Origin: Tubulanus polymorphus
Taxonomy: Eukaryota; Animalia; Nemertea
DNA: 64,000 nucleotides
Assembly: GCF_964204645.1 (NCBI RefSeq)
Contig: NC_134031.1
Span: 16,417,807 to 16,481,806, forward strand
Direction of reading: 5' to 3'
The notes beneath the pieces are model-generated. The model was not told where the DNA came from and made no database searches. It was given only the letters and a program-made list of their open reading frames with translations. The position numbers were made by a program, and so were the translations under genes. This document shows, piece by piece, positions 12,997 through 27,900 of the stretch (positions are counted from its first letter, which is position 1; each line of letters starts with the position of its first letter).

Positions 12997-15900
12997 AGAG
13001 AGTTAGTCGAATATTATTATTACTGGAAGAAGACCCCTGCTGCCACCAGCGCTCGACCTCACCGGCGCCACCGTCGACAAAGCGTCTTCCGTCGACAACG
13101 TCCTCCGCAAAGACCTGCTTCTAACGATTTCTGTACGTATATTATACCCATCCATTACGGAGTCCAGCGTTCAGGTAGTGACCTCGCTTGAACTTGACCT
13201 TGAAGATTTTAGCCTTTATTTGACCTACATTTCCACCCGTCTGCCATGATTTATTGACCTTGTTTCATCATCATTCGGCCTTGATCAAGATTTTGCCGAG
13301 GAATGATTGCCTACCTTTCAATTTTGATACATTTATGACAAATGATACGGCGATGATCCGTCTTTAATGCAGATATCCGAAAATGCCTAATTTACGTTAA
13401 TTTTTTTATTGAGAAACGTGCCGACCTTCCTTTTTGAAATGATCTACGAATGCCGTCGTCATCATTGTCACCGACGGCTTTGACAGCGTCTGAAGCCGTC
13501 ATGATTTGACCCATCGGGGATTTCCTAATTTGCATTTAGTAAAACACGGTCGCCACCGCGTGATCCGTCGTCGCGCGGCGGCGATCAATTTGTCGATAAA
13601 AAGGTAGCGACTAATTCCCGAAGCCCGGCGAAATATGATAACGAATCGGCGCTACGTCTCCCGACGTTAGTGCACCGTTAGCGATGGTAGAGAGGCTTAA
13701 GTCGGCTGCTAGCGACGGATTATGCTAACTTGTCACGACAGTCTGTCAAACAACCGATTACCGATCGCGCACTCGACGTGCTTATAAGTGATTGAGGTCA
13801 TCAGTGAGGTTTCGAATTTAACGGCGCTTCTCCGAGGAAAAACTGATCAAGCCTATTAAATCGAAGTCAAAGGGCGTTGAAATAATGCTCGCTCGAATGC
13901 CGACATTCTTTAGCGAAAAAAATACGCCACATTTCTCAAATTCGATGAAAATAGTAATCTTTGTAATGCCATATTCGTTTTAACCCCTTAGGGCCAGTTG
14001 CTCGAGTTAACCAGCAGATATTTGACGTAGTGACACTTTAAAGTTCATTGTTACTATGGTATTTAATCAACTTTTGAGCAGCTGGCCCCTGTTTTCAGTT
14101 GTAAGGAACATCATTATTTTCTGGTCCCGGGGAAGTTGGTGGTCTGGGTCCATTGTATATGTCATGAATACAGCATGAATAAGCATATGGAATATACTAG
14201 GATGTTGAAATTAAGGTCTTATAAGCCGAATTTCCGACCGTTTTTTTTTTTTATTTTGATAATTGAATTGTCGGTTTGTTCCCTGCGCGCGCACGTAGTT
14301 GCTCTCCATCCGGTACTTACTGCTCATCAACGAACGAGAAAAATCCAATTACATCTCCCTCCGTAACGAGCATAAATTCATCAAAATTATCAACAATACC
14401 GCACACATCGTAGTGCTCAAGCTTGTCGTCATAAATTGCTGAAACCTTGAAACTGATATCTCGATTGCGCTGATTGCGCTAATGTTCTTTGTGTTCCGCG
14501 CATTGACTCATACGTTTTAATGTTGTGTCACGTATCGGTTTTTACGGGCTTTCATCTTGATTTTATTGCTCGCGCTACGCGGCTGCATCGCGTGGTGTCT
14601 CATTCTGCCGCGTTAAACCGACACGACCGATAGTTCTTCGATCGACTTCGAAGGTCAAATCCGAGGTTGACGTGAAGATTTCGTTGTTTGGCGCTCGTTA
14701 TCGGACACGTGTCTGATTAATTCGCGGTTGAGCATATGTTATGACCGCGATAATCGGACGGTTAGATCGCTGAATTGTGGATGTAATTTGAGCGGCGATT
14801 ATCGGATCATTTCGGTGACACGCTGATTCACTTCAGATATTAGTACGATCGATCGATACGAGATATTTTTCACTCATTTATTTCGTCATCGCTGACGTTT
14901 TCGCTTTCATCTCGGTGAAATCTCGGTGGCTGATCCAAGGGGGTAGTTCAGGAGGTCCTTTTTGATAATTCAAGAAGTGAAAGATTTTGATTGCCCGCTG
15001 ATGTTCAGCGATGTCTTAAGAGTTACGTGAGAGTTGTTATATCCTCTTTAAGGTACATTATAACTGCGTTTCACGAATTATATATATATATTAATGCTAG
15101 GTTAAGATTTCATATGAAATGATAATTTCCATTGTTAATTGAGATCGGATGAAATCGTACAATAGTTCATAAAGATTCTAAGGCCTCAGTTAGCAAATGT
15201 TTGCATACCCCATTTTGTGTGTAGAAAGTACCCTATTTTTCTCCACTTGAATGCTGCCCTTTTGATATTCCTGAATCTACCCTTGAAACTTCTGGCCAAA
15301 CGTACGCAGATTCGCCTATCGGACATTATCATCGTCAAAAAACCGACTTCGAATTCTACATTCTGTCGATAGTCGAGATTCTTACAGAGATCATCGATAA
15401 TGGTACCAAATATCCTGATGCAGTGCATACGATTTACAGCCAGACGTTTGGTACATTGCGATCACGTAAACATTACGTATGAATACTGGCTCCACTGGGA
15501 TCTGTTTCGCGTACCGTTTTAACCCTTCATTACTGTATTAACCCCTTCTCGTTATCATTAGAAACATATTATTATGACCACAATAAGCTTTCTTTTTCAT
15601 TCCTTTTGGGGCCAATTGCTCATAAGTTTACCAGTGGATAGTCAACACAGTGACAATTGAAATTTCATTGTTACTGTGGTATTTATCTGCCGGTTATCTT
15701 TAACCAACTCTTAAACTAACTTTTTAGCAACTGGCCCCTAGGTCTTCAGGACATTTTGAACCTTGTATTGTTAATACATGTACCGGGTATTTCCAAATGG
15801 TTATTTCTGTATTTTGTATATTTGTAGTGGATTTGAGTTCAGCCAGCGAACCTTCGGACCAAGACTCTGCTGATGACAGTGATATAAGTGGTTATGCTTG

Positions 15901-16787
15901 TAGACATTGTTTTACTACTAGTGAGTATATTTCCTGTGTTTACCCAGTTGTGTATCGAAAATGTTTGGCCTCGCTGGAGAATTCCATGTATCAATAAATT
16001 TCCGCGCGATGTATGCTTGAAAGAATCATTTGTTCGACGATTCAGCTGCGATTCAGCTCCGTCTGCCTCCGGTTTACTTAAACACCCACACTGCTCATTA
16101 TCAATGCGTTTATGCGTAATGCAGTCAGCCAGTAAGCCAGCCGGTTGAAAATGATTGTCAATTTTCCTCGACAAATTCTATATACAGTAGTGACAGTGTT
16201 GACACAGTCATATAGGGGCCACAAATTTGCTTTAAAAAGACTCGACGTGCTAGCGGGCTACCTGTATTTGCTCGACACAACGAACGTATTTGATCAAGTG
16301 CGCCGCGACAAACACCTCTCGTATAGTGTAAAACTGCGCGTCGCGGTGTCAAGTTTTCAGCGAAATTCAAATCAAGCACATGTCGAAGTGAATGACAATG
16401 TTTTGTAAATTCACGCCCTGAATTTCAAAATATCTCCCAGCGATATGAGGCGAGTTGGCGAGATTATCATTCGACTTATTAGAAATTTGCATTAGGATTT
16501 TATTTGACAAAAGGTTTTCATTAACAAACTGGGAAAACCTGGAAGAATCGGGGGATTTTTGGTAATGTTATTGATCGCGTGTTTCTCTTATACATCATCC
16601 GATGAAAAATGAGTGAATTGTATTAACATTTCAAACCTTGAAATTTCTCTTGATTCACTCGAGGAATTTCATGTACCGATAATCACATGAAAAAATCAGG
16701 GAAAACTCGTGGGATTTGTAAATGGGCGTAAAGTGGCCGTCACCCTGATTAGAATTCTTGTAACAGACGGAGTTAGTTTCAAGGGTC

Positions 16788-16820
<33 letters not shown>

Positions 16821-19800
16821 ATAAGTGAAACTCATTGAAATTTTTATTTCGAAACTGGAACTGTCTGTTACACGATTGTCCTCAACAAAATACAGCGCGG
16901 CGCGTACAGACACACTAGTTATAGAATGTCAGGGCTCAGGTGTCGTATATGGTTGTAATAAAGTTAACTCATCCCCAGGGATTGCGCCGACTATCGACTC
17001 CGTAGTCTGATTAGATTGTACGACTATGGTAATAATAATGGCCTGAAAATATTGCCAAGTCTATTCGGTCGGGGATTTATTGATAGACGGCTGGTCGCTT
17101 AACACAAATGAAGTAGTTGCTGCAAATTTTTTCGTGAGAATAAAACATATCTGGCCGATACTGATGGCAACAGAGTTTAGACGACATAGAATATTCTCAC
17201 CCTCGAACTTTGCCAGAATCCTCATATTGGCTGAAGAATTAAAGGAAGAAGGTCGCTACTCAGCTATTCTGATACCACGGGTTCCATAGCCGGAAGCATT
17301 TTGGCTCGCTCGTCGGCCTTTCTGTCTTAGATAATCCTTCGCTTTTCGCAACAAAGCCAATTAAAATGTCCTTGAATTTTCGTGAAATAACTTCGAGGAC
17401 CCTGACTTACATGTGGCCCCCGAATGAATTCGACAGCTGTGCTTTTGTGAACTGCACAATATTGTGAATAGAATTCACTCCATCGAATAACTTGAAGATT
17501 GTTCGATATTTTTCTGTTCGATTTTGAATATCGATCGAATCAGATTCGATGGATTCGTTCACCGGAAGGTTCTCGTACTAGTCGTGGCACGTTTAACTAA
17601 TAATAATTGGAAGAATAATCGTTTTGGTTTTGTTTGATTTCAGCTTCTAAAGACTGGCACCATGCCGGCAAGGATAAATCGATTTTGTGCACCGAATGCC
17701 GATTGTACTTCAAGAAGTACGGCGAAGATCGACCTCTAGATAAAACGAAAGAACCGGCTCCGTTCTTGTTCAAACCGGTCTCCGACGATGACCAGTTAAG
17801 CGAGAAGCGTGCTATGCGATCTTGCCGTGGCAAAGATTCAGTAAGTATTCCGAAGATCTTCGCAATTGAATCGTATGAAAAGCGTGTGTAATTTTTAGGG
17901 CTTTGTAAATTCATGCGGGTCGAATGAAAGACGTATATTCAGTTGTTTCGTTGTAATCAATGAGTGCGGGTAATTGTATGATTCGGAATGAAAAATGTAG
18001 AATTCCTACTGCGCTATGTTTGAGAATCTTCACACCAGCGTCAACCACTGTGATTACTGTTATATATTGTCTATTCGCCGAGATCCCATTACGCGCCTAA
18101 TAACAGTGATATCACTGCTGTGTAATGAGCTTACTCCTACAGAATTTAGCCCCCGGTAACATTACCTGGCGCCGCCAAAAAACGACTCCAATCTCGCGAG
18201 CTGTTATTATATACCCGAGCTGGCAATAATTGCCAATGTTACGCCGTAACTCGATATGCCGCTTAAATGGCAAACAAACCTTTTTTTCAAAAGTAATCTT
18301 GGTTTCGACGGATGTTGTAGTCGTGTAAGGATTGATTTTTCACTGCGCGATACGCTATGATTGAAAAAATTATTGGCATTGACGGCAATCTTGACTGTGT
18401 TTCATCGGTTCAAGCAAATTCTACCGGAAAAGTGACGCGAAAAATATGGAAGCGAGATTGCTTATTGGGCGACACATTTGAATTAGGCATTTTGGAATGG
18501 ATATTCTAAGGATGTAGAATGTGAATACCGAATGATGTCGAGATAAAAACGTTAAGTTACCGGAGAATTTCCATATTTTTCAGCCAATAGATAAAACAGT
18601 TATAAAGAAAGAGAGTTTAGACGAAGAAGATAGTCCTGTGAACAGCACTAGTTCGCAGAAAATATCCAGTGGACACCAATCTCCGAGCACTGTTAGTACA
18701 TGCAGCAGTGAAAGTACGGGTACTGATCTCGAAAAGGCAGTCAAGGTACGGATAGATAGTTATACTTATATAGATTCATGTTGGAGCCTGGGTTCTTACA
18801 TTCCTTGCGTTAGGGCATTAGAAGGCATAAGAAAAATCTGAAAGCGCTTCCCGAAGTAAAGCAAAAAATACAACACGACTTTGAAAGGTTTTGTAATGTT
18901 TTGTGAGGCAAGATTTCATGTGCGCTAACTCTGATGAGTTTTTGACCTATACTATGAATTGGGGCTGATTGATGTGCCATTTTTGAAGAAGTGCCTATTT
19001 TCTTTGGTGAGGTGGTCAAAATAGAGCTAGAGCCTGGAGATCTGCCATATATATTTCAATGTTGATTTTTCTATTTCTGTTAATACAGATACCCCAAAGT
19101 CCGCTGACTAAAGTTCAGAAACGTGTTCACACCGATTCTGAGTCCGACGATAAACCGGCGACGAAAAAAGAGCGTTCGGAATCACCGGACGTGTCGAGCG
19201 TCGAAGAGAGCAGCAGCGATTCCGGAAACGAAGACGGAACGAACGACGGCGATCTCGAGAATAACCCGGATGACGATATAAGTCCTAGTCCTTCAACTCC
19301 TTGTGATACACCTAGTCCTCCAGACAATGAGATACCACCAATAGGTGGCGTTGTCAACGGTCTCAATTTGGTGTGTAATTGATCGATATGAAAAAAAAAC
19401 TGTTAATTTCTAAGAAATCATTTTTTCCAACAATGTTATTTTGGGTTATTTTCAGATTCCCGTGGAACAGACACGGCCATCAATTATTTCTCAGGGTTCT
19501 GTACCATCTCTCACTACGGCACTGCCAATTCCTACCGCTGTGGTGTCACCACTTGTGGTGCCACCAGTACTCGCGCCAACACCCGTGTCTGCCGCATCTA
19601 TCGCAAATATTAAAGAGGAACACCAACAACAACAGCAGCAGCAGCAATCCAGTCCAGCAGTCGCCCCTCGACGGGACGGGTCACCGTGTCGTCCAAACCT
19701 GGCGGCTTCGCCCGTCCCGCGGAGTTTACCAACTCCACCCCCGACATATCCCATTCCTTCGACTACGATCGCGAAACCAACGCCGACGCAGGTTTCCTCG

Positions 19801-22800
19801 TCGCAGCCGTTGCCGCCCGGACCTTCTTTGTTTTCGGCGGCGTCGTTGCTGGGCACTGGGCCGCCTCCGTTGATGCCCTTGCACCCCGGTCTACAAGGGC
19901 CGCTTCATCCCCCTCCTCCATTACAGCCTATACGCACATCTACTCCTAATCAACTCAGCCTACAAGCTCAGGTAATGAAGACGCTTCGTATTTCCGGTTG
20001 ATTCGTCGTATTTCGAGAGAATTTTTTTAGACGAGTTTTGTATTTTCATTATTTCAGGGTCGATCGTCGACATGCACACCTCCTCCTATTGCAACATTAC
20101 AACCATTACAACAACACCAGCAACAGCAGCAGCAGCAGCAGCAATCTCACAACCACGGCGGTGAACTGCCACCTCACACGGCTGTACCGGATAATCAACA
20201 ACCAGCGGAAAGTCCGCCATCTTCTCCGGAACCGTGTCGAACGCCGAGTCCCGGACCTGATCCAATATCGGTCAATGAACAAATTCATAATAGTAAAACT
20301 GCATTGTAAGTATTTTGAATTCGAAATCTATCGGGAAGTAATTCGATGTATCGGGACATCGACGTATATGTTCTTTCGTTATTTTTCGGCGCAGATTTAT
20401 TAAGATTCTCAGTCGAGGGGAGACGAATTCCTGTTCGAGGTGCGACGTCGTGTTCAAACCGTTACCCGAATCGAAACTGTCGCGGAAACGCGAGGAACGC
20501 GCCAAACGGGCGGCCGAAACATCGTTGAAAATCAAAGAGGAACGAGACGAAAAAATGCAGGTAAAAAAACCGAGATCGTCTCGAAAAGATCGAATTTACG
20601 TTCCCGGAAATTGAATTCCGTGCTGATGTTTCGTTTTTGTTTATTCCAGCGGCGGTCGATAACGCCTCCGAAAAATACCAGCGCCGACGCCCAAGTCACG
20701 AGTAACGTGCTGCCTACTCAACCGCATACGCCGTTCTCCGGTCGTGTGACGCCCAGTCGCACACCGGGATATCCGGGACACGATACCCCCGCTCTGAGAC
20801 AACTCAGCGAATATGCAAGGCCTCATGCACTAGGTAGGTGTCGAATAGATCGATGATGAATAATTAATCGCAGGGTGGCCTAACTGAGGGAATTTGGATA
20901 ATCTTTTTGAAAGCATGTTTCTTGATCAATGGGTGATTCAATGAAAAATAATTGAATGATAACATTTTAAACCTTGAAATTTCTCTAATTCACTCGAGGA
21001 ATTTTGTGTAATCACATGCAAAAATCAGGGAAAACTCGCGGGATTCGTGAATGGGTGGAGAGTAACCACCCTGCGATGTTTCACAATGACACTTTATCCA
21101 GATTCACTGGTGTCATGGCTGAAAGCAAAATTGACCGTAGTAGCATTCTCGATTTGAATCGATACTTACGTGAATTCGTAATTTTAGGTCAAGATATGTC
21201 CCGACAAAATCCGTACAGTCTTGCAAATTTACCGCCGTCCGTGGACCCGATGTTGCACTATCGTATGGCGAGCATGTATCCGCCCGGATCACGAGAAAGG
21301 TACGAAACGTTCGCCGCTAGAAAATCTATAAAGATAGAAAAACGTCTTTTAGCAGACGTTATCATGAACTCGTACCTGAAATCTGAAATCAGAGTCAATG
21401 TGGATTACAGTCGAGATACGTATTTATATCTAAATGGCATGTGTCGGGTGGCTGATGATCAGCTTACTATAAAACTAATCGATGACGACGACGAAAGCTT
21501 CGCGTATATAATTCGGGCAGAGGCGGATCATTTAACGCGGGTTTGTCATATTCTTTTTTTTTTCCTCGTAGGTTGGAACTTGAGCTCGAACGAGACAAAA
21601 GAGAACGCGACGCCCGAGAAAGGGAATTACGCGAACGCGAACTCCGCGAAATGGAGTTACGCGAAAAGATGAAAGCGGAATTAGAAATGAAACCGCCAGG
21701 TTAGTTTTAAGTCATATACATAGGCTTGAATGTATTTATCAATTAATGCTATGGCCGCGATTGCAGGGAGTCAAATTTGGCCCATGCTTATTAATAGAGC
21801 GCGTTCACACGTAAATCACTCACTTGATTAGCAAGATGAGTGAGTCACTTCCAGAACCAGGTTCCATTGACGCGCTATGATTTGACCAGTGCAAAAAATT
21901 CGCACAGGCCTATTCCTACATTTTTGGTCGCGCCAAATTTAGTACCAGTGTGAACCAGTCAGAACTCTGGCATATGCTTTATTTGGCTTGTGTCAAAATG
22001 CTTGCGTGATCGCGGCATATATGGAAGATCATTCGATCACATCCTCCTCAGTGATTTTTATATTCTGATCATTCGAATTTTCAGGATTCGATCGTATTCC
22101 ACCAGGTGGCTCTGCTGGTTCGATAGATCCTCATTGGTTAGAATTACAACGACGGTACGGTCCGCCTGGCTCGCTGCCGCCTGGTGCTCATCCTTCTCAA
22201 GGTCACATTCCAGGTGTTTATCCTCCATCTAGTTTAGCCAGTGATCTGATGGCCAGAGAGAGAGAACGTCTCGAAAGATTGGGTATGTTCAATTTTACAT
22301 ATAATCCGTATCATAGATTAGAAAGTTTTCATATGTGCATATACTGTTTAAGATTTCAAATTCAAATTCAAATATCAAAATGATCTTGCTACTTAAGATT
22401 AATCTCTTAAGATATATTCTGAAAATCTGCTGAGCATTATCAAGAATTTCTTTCAGGAATGTGTTTGATCTAAATGTAATTTGCTGTGCATATTAACGTT
22501 TTAAATATCAGTAGATATATACCATCAATTGATGCATCCCACGGTTCTTAACTTATAAACAATTATTGACCTCTATATATATAGTGAATTTCATTATGCT
22601 ACATTCCATTCACTATTATCTGATATATTGTGAAAATATATGCAAATTTCTTCTAAAGGAAAACTATGAGTAACACCTGCTTAACTGAGTACAGCTCATA
22701 ACATACAACAAGGCAAACACCTGGCCACTCAGCTAATACAAGGAAGGGGCCCGCCCTATGATTTTCTGCGCTGAACAATATTGGAAAAAAATCTTTTTTT

Positions 22801-24943
22801 CCTATGCTTTGTAAACATTGTTTAAATGCTGTCAATGTGAAAGGCACACATGTACTCGTAATATATACACATAACGAATATGAACATTAAAGATTGCTTT
22901 TTACAGGTCAATATTTCACTGAACAATGAATGAAAAATACTTTTTACAGGAGCCCATCCAATCGGACCTCTAGCTTTTCTAAGTCCAGAGGCTTATTCAA
23001 ACGCTGTTGAACGGCTATCTCAAGAGCGTATGCACGCTGAACGTATGTCGGCCGCCGGTGATCCAATGGCGCGTCTACCGATGGGTTTATCACCTCATTC
23101 AGCTCATACCCACACGCACGCCCACTCTCATACCCACCTTCACTTACATCCGAACGAGCAAGCCCTCATCGCGGCCGGCATACACCCGCAACAACATCTA
23201 TTCATGCCCGGCGGAATACACGGACCTGCGTTACCAGGTAGGTGGGGGCCGGCGAGAGTGTCGCTAATCTCTGTCTGTGTGTGTTATCATTGCAGATATG
23301 CCGACAGACCCGACAGGGAGAAATATGACGATATACCAAATTTTCGCGCATAGATATTCAAATATCCATCATCACTACTACGCTCAAAGGCAAAATGCGG
23401 CCGCTGCAGCAGCAGTCGCAGCTGCCGCATCGGCTAATGCTCCCTTTGATAAGATTGAAAACAGAATGCTCGATCCTAACCATCTTGTTTATCAATTCTC
23501 CCGTAAGTCTTCAAAAACTATTATTAATAATAATACAACTGCTACAATTGCGTTTCGTACACTTATGTTTTTTCACCTATTGAGTATTTTGTTTCGAGTC
23601 CGCGCGCGCGTGAACGCTTCGATGGCTTTTAATAGTTTGGACCGAAATATGATCGTTTTCGAGCAGACGCCTCGTAGCAATCTAATTAAAACGATGATCA
23701 TCATCGAGAATCGTATCACGACGGGCATCAATTTATTTCTGTTTTTAGTTTCGTGCTGTTTATGTTGTTGTTTTGTCTGGTTTTCATCACGTAATTACTT
23801 ACGAATTTTAATTTCGTAACGTTGTCCCCCCCTCTAATAATCATTCGACCTTTCTCCCGCGTTTGGTTTATTATGGAAAATTTTCCCCCCAGATAAAGAA
23901 AGAAAATCATTAGCTGCCCAAAACGAACGTAGACAGTTTTTGTTCTGTTTTTTTTTTTTTTTTTTTTTTTAATCCCTGTCACCCAAAAATCTTCTGATGG
24001 ATTCGCTTGGTTTAGTATGTATGAATATGCTCTCCCTGGTCGGTGTCTTGCATTATCTGATTAAATCGAAATCACTGCTGATCGTAGATTTATAAATTAT
24101 CATCACAATTTCGATGAAATAACTGATCATGATTCTCATTCGTTGTTTACGGCTCGTATGTAGAGATTAGCAACGCGAGAACTTTGATGAGTTGAATTCG
24201 ATGCTTATCAATTTGGTGGCGTTGATAAGAAATAACGATACTGATTCTGAAACCTTGATATCGTGATGAGTATTTGTATTGTTTCAGTTGTATATATTCA
24301 GTTTGCACAATGTTAAATGCTTTTTGTCACTCAACGAATATCCGTATTGCTATATTCGTGCGATATATTTCCAGAAAACATGAAAAGGAACTCTTGGAAA
24401 CATTTTCGGAAACGATTTCTCAAATATTTCTTACGTTCGTTCCATCGATTTGAAATTGAGATCATAGTCATGCGCAGAACTGCTTTCACATTGGATTCCT
24501 TTTCATGTTTCACTTTAACTGAATACGTAATAATGTTGAATTTTCTGTCATTCACTTTGCAGGTGCTGATCCGATGGCGGGTACAGCCGGTATGTCACAG
24601 GCTCCCGGCGGTGCTCCTCCACACCCGATGGCGAATCCGGGCGCTATGCCTCCGAATGCATACGGTCCACATGCATTGATGGCTAGTCGAGAACAGGAAC
24701 TTTTACATCGCGAGCTCCTCGCGCGGTCGGGATATCCTCCATCGGCCGTCGCCGATCAGGCATTAGCCCATCAGGTAAGAATTCTAACATAGCTAAGAAA
24801 TTCTGAAAGTCTTTAAATCGACTGACTGTAAATCTGTACTTTCTAAATTTCAGCTATCAGCACAAGCTGCCCACCACGAAGCGATGCAGCGTCAGTTAGC
24901 GTTGGAACGCGAGCGTTTAGGTGGTCATCAGATGCCGCGTTAA
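12997..24943 (+). CDS. RERE: Arginine-glutamic acid dipeptide repeats protein / Atrophin, 5'-partial (N-terminal BAH/ELM2/SANT exons presumably upstream of the window)
   Basis: Frame-consistent GT-AG exons: 12997-13132 (SANT end, [14 protein letters not shown]), 15828-15920 and 17644-17840 (GATA-type finger [29 protein letters not shown]), 18584-18745, 19089-19370, 19456-19971, 20058-20305, 20395-20560 ([24 protein letters not shown]), 20650-20833 ([15 protein letters not shown]), 21188-21299, 21572-21699 (RE repeats), 22085-22282, 22950-23237 ([15 protein letters not shown]), [23296-23502 optional], 24563-24774, 24854-24943 (TAA). Motifs match recalled human RERE/ATN1. Confidence 0.95.
13990..14089. 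mobile_element. MITE family A (TIR GGGCCAGTTGCTC..GAGCAACTGGCCC); further copies at 15608-15738 and 44834-44962
   Basis: Terminal inverted repeats and shared internal sequence in three copies; the 44.8 kb copy is inverted relative to the others. Confidence 0.8.
20871..21073. mobile_element. Non-autonomous DNA element with CAGGGTGGCC/CCACCCTG termini; relatives at ~715-995, ~16528-16747, ~45981-46090
   Basis: TIR-like ends and shared internal text (ACCTTGAAATTTCTC..TTCACTCGAGGAATT..AAATCAGGGAAAACTCG) between the 16.6 kb and 21 kb copies. Confidence 0.7.
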
Positions 24944-27900
24944 CGACCGTTCGCTCATTCAGACATTGTTATCGCCGACAAACTTGCTGCTGATTCGAAG
25001 AGATCACGAGTTCTTTGTCGCGATGTGAACATTCGATAAAGCGTATCAGATCTCACGGCGTTTTTAAAACACTATCGGCCAAAATCGATGCAATTACGAT
25101 TTCGGGATATTTTGCTGAAAAACGGATGACTGTATTTAACGTCTTGACGCAAGACTTCCGCGTCGGATCGGGATAAACATCAAAAAGTGTGCTATTATTT
25201 TTGTGACTTAAACGAAACGAACGATCAATCGTGATCGATCGACGTGCTTCGAAGCGAAACGTTTCAAAGGTTCGATTCACAACTGCTGCATTCGGGCTGA
25301 GAAATAAGCCATGTTCGCTGCGGTACGCGTGCCACATTTTGCGTCTGTAGAGACCGCAAAAATGGCGCTTCATTTTCGTCGAAAATATCGCCGACGTATA
25401 AATCTCTATGTTGAGCTAACTTGAGGACAATGAACTCAAATGTTAGTGTTCATCGTTTCACGCAGGGATCGGTCTCCCAGCGCTGCTGTAGAAAAAATTA
25501 CTGTCAAAAATAAAAACATGTCGCATCACGTCGTCGGACATATTTTTAGTTGTTTTATATTTGAAGATTTATTTATTGAAATGTTGTTGGTGATGAGAAT
25601 AGTAATATTAAACCTAAAACTAAAGAGGAACGGTTTTTTTTTTCTTCTTTTACTCAAAATAATTATGTATTTTAAAATAAGGTTTAGAAGATGATTAACA
25701 ACAGAGTTCGTATATGGTTTCGGGAACACGCATTTTAATCTTTTTCGGTTGGTGGTGACCTTGCTCTGATCCAGAGAACATGTATCATTTACTTAACGTT
25801 ATAAGCTGTGATCAATTCAGAAATTAACTTTCCTTCGCCCTACTCGCGATACTTAGAGAACTTAACGCCAGCCGACTGAAATCTCTTGTATGTTGAATAC
25901 CAAAACTGGATAAGCTGAAAATGACCTCTCCGAAAAAAGAAATCCTGATTCGTGGGAAGAATTTATCTATTAGCAAATTTTTACTTTGATACTTTTATAC
26001 CATCAATTGTATCATCATCCGCTATAATGCGGCAGCGGTGTTGATGCCAACGTCGTCCATAGATTATGACACGATACATGGAAAAACCCAAGAACTATCG
26101 TCTCTAATCATTAGGGTTCAATTACATAGCGTATGTAAAACCCGAAGATTTTAACAGGAATTGGTGTATGAATTCTGAAATTTTTTATTCTAATCAAGGA
26201 TCCACAGATTTCCAAAACACGTTGGTCCGGGCTCCACATTTGAGAGTGTGTATTTTGGTTCTTCAACCATACCGAATTGAGTCTCGACTGTGGAACCCGC
26301 ACTCAAGGTTTTACCCATGTATATATATATATATATATATATACATATATATGTACATACATATAGACATATAAAGAAAAGATATATGTTCATTATCAAT
26401 ATTATTAGCGTGTTAGGGATCTCGTGAGGATTGTAATTTCTATAATGTATAACGAATAGGTATATATTTACGTGTGCTTCAGTTTTCTTATTAATTCTCC
26501 CGAATATCTTGTGAACGAATAAGTTTTATCAATGGTAAAGCAACAGTTGATTATTGTCCTTTATTTCGCTTCGAAAAAGATTCAAATTTCCAATTTTAGG
26601 GTTAGGTTGGCCTTATAAGTGTGAAAAATTTTGAAATTAAAAATTTCTTTGAAGAAAATTTGTGAAAATTCCACTTAAGACCCCTGCAATATTCAGTTTT
26701 AACACCATTTTGAAATACGGTTTGTTCTACAAGAAAGTATTCAACTGATCATGTTTTGTAATTGTTGAAAAAGAGTTTAATAATGCAGATATATTGTATT
26801 TAATTATGATCTTTAATTCAGGATTCAGATGCACTTGTATTTACTGGTACCCAGATTGTAAATAGTATTAGTTGTATATAGAAGTGCCCTGAAAGTTGTG
26901 TGAACTTCCGCATTTCCGATGTGCAGCTTTTGGATAATAGGTGTTTCGAAACCAAAACCTGTTAGAAATATCGAATAATAAAATAATTAAACTAAAATCG
27001 AGTAAGAATTGTTTTGATTTGTTTGGTTTTGATTAAAGGATTGCAGAAAGTCATTCTTCATTGATCCAACCAAATATAAAGGAAAGAATGGCAAGCTACC
27101 GTACCACCCTCTTACCTCCCCAGCTGCTTCCCTCTGAATCGCAGAACTTTCTCGGATTGTATGTCTGAAGTCATTTGGCAGACGTGCATTGCCATTGGGA
27201 CATTCCCTTTCCCATCCTAGGGACCAGGAAGCACCATTTGAGAATGGAACAAACTCTCCGCAAACTGTATAGGCACAATTCGTCAAGTAGTTAATGCTGA
27301 CAGTATACGGAAGAACCCATCTGATATTTACTCTCCCAGCATGCGAAGGACAACTCGAGACACTGTAATCATGGCTGGACCAATAATCATACTAAATTTT
27401 GCATAAAAACTTATTAGTTTCATCTCACCGTACCCAGAATGTCATTAAAACGCATCTCCTGGTTTTAAACATTTCAAAGATCCCAGATCCCCCACCAGTG
27501 CTTGGCACCTTGGGCGCTCGTAAACCTACACATGGAAGTGGCCAGCCCAATGATTTTCCTTCCCTAGTAATTGGTAACCTACAAATTCATAGTCTGGGCA
27601 AGAAAGGAACAAAAGGATATGATAGCCAAATTCTATCAAAAAGAATGGCAAGCTACCACGCGTAGCGCCGTATTGGAAACGCCTGAAGAAAGCGAGTACC
27701 CCCAACTTCCCGATTTTGGATTTGAACCGTGAGAAGCCAGATTTATACTATTAAACCCTGGAAATTAGATCAATTTCGAAGGGCTATCAACCGTGCGTCA
27801 AGGCAGCGGGACAGCCCGGTTTGCGGAATGTATGACGGGACACCATGGCTGAGCAGATCTGCCGAAAGAACCAGCGATCAATGTTCAGATATGTCGACCA

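Noticed and set aside
19127-19949. Antisense and alternative-frame ORFs over RERE exons (including a poly-Cys frame)
   Set aside because: Shadows of low-complexity Pro/Gln/Ser-rich coding sequence
21004-21672. 222-aa ORF
   Set aside because: Chance fusion of a MITE, RERE exon 21188-21299 and intronic sequence; the true RE-repeat exon is in another frame
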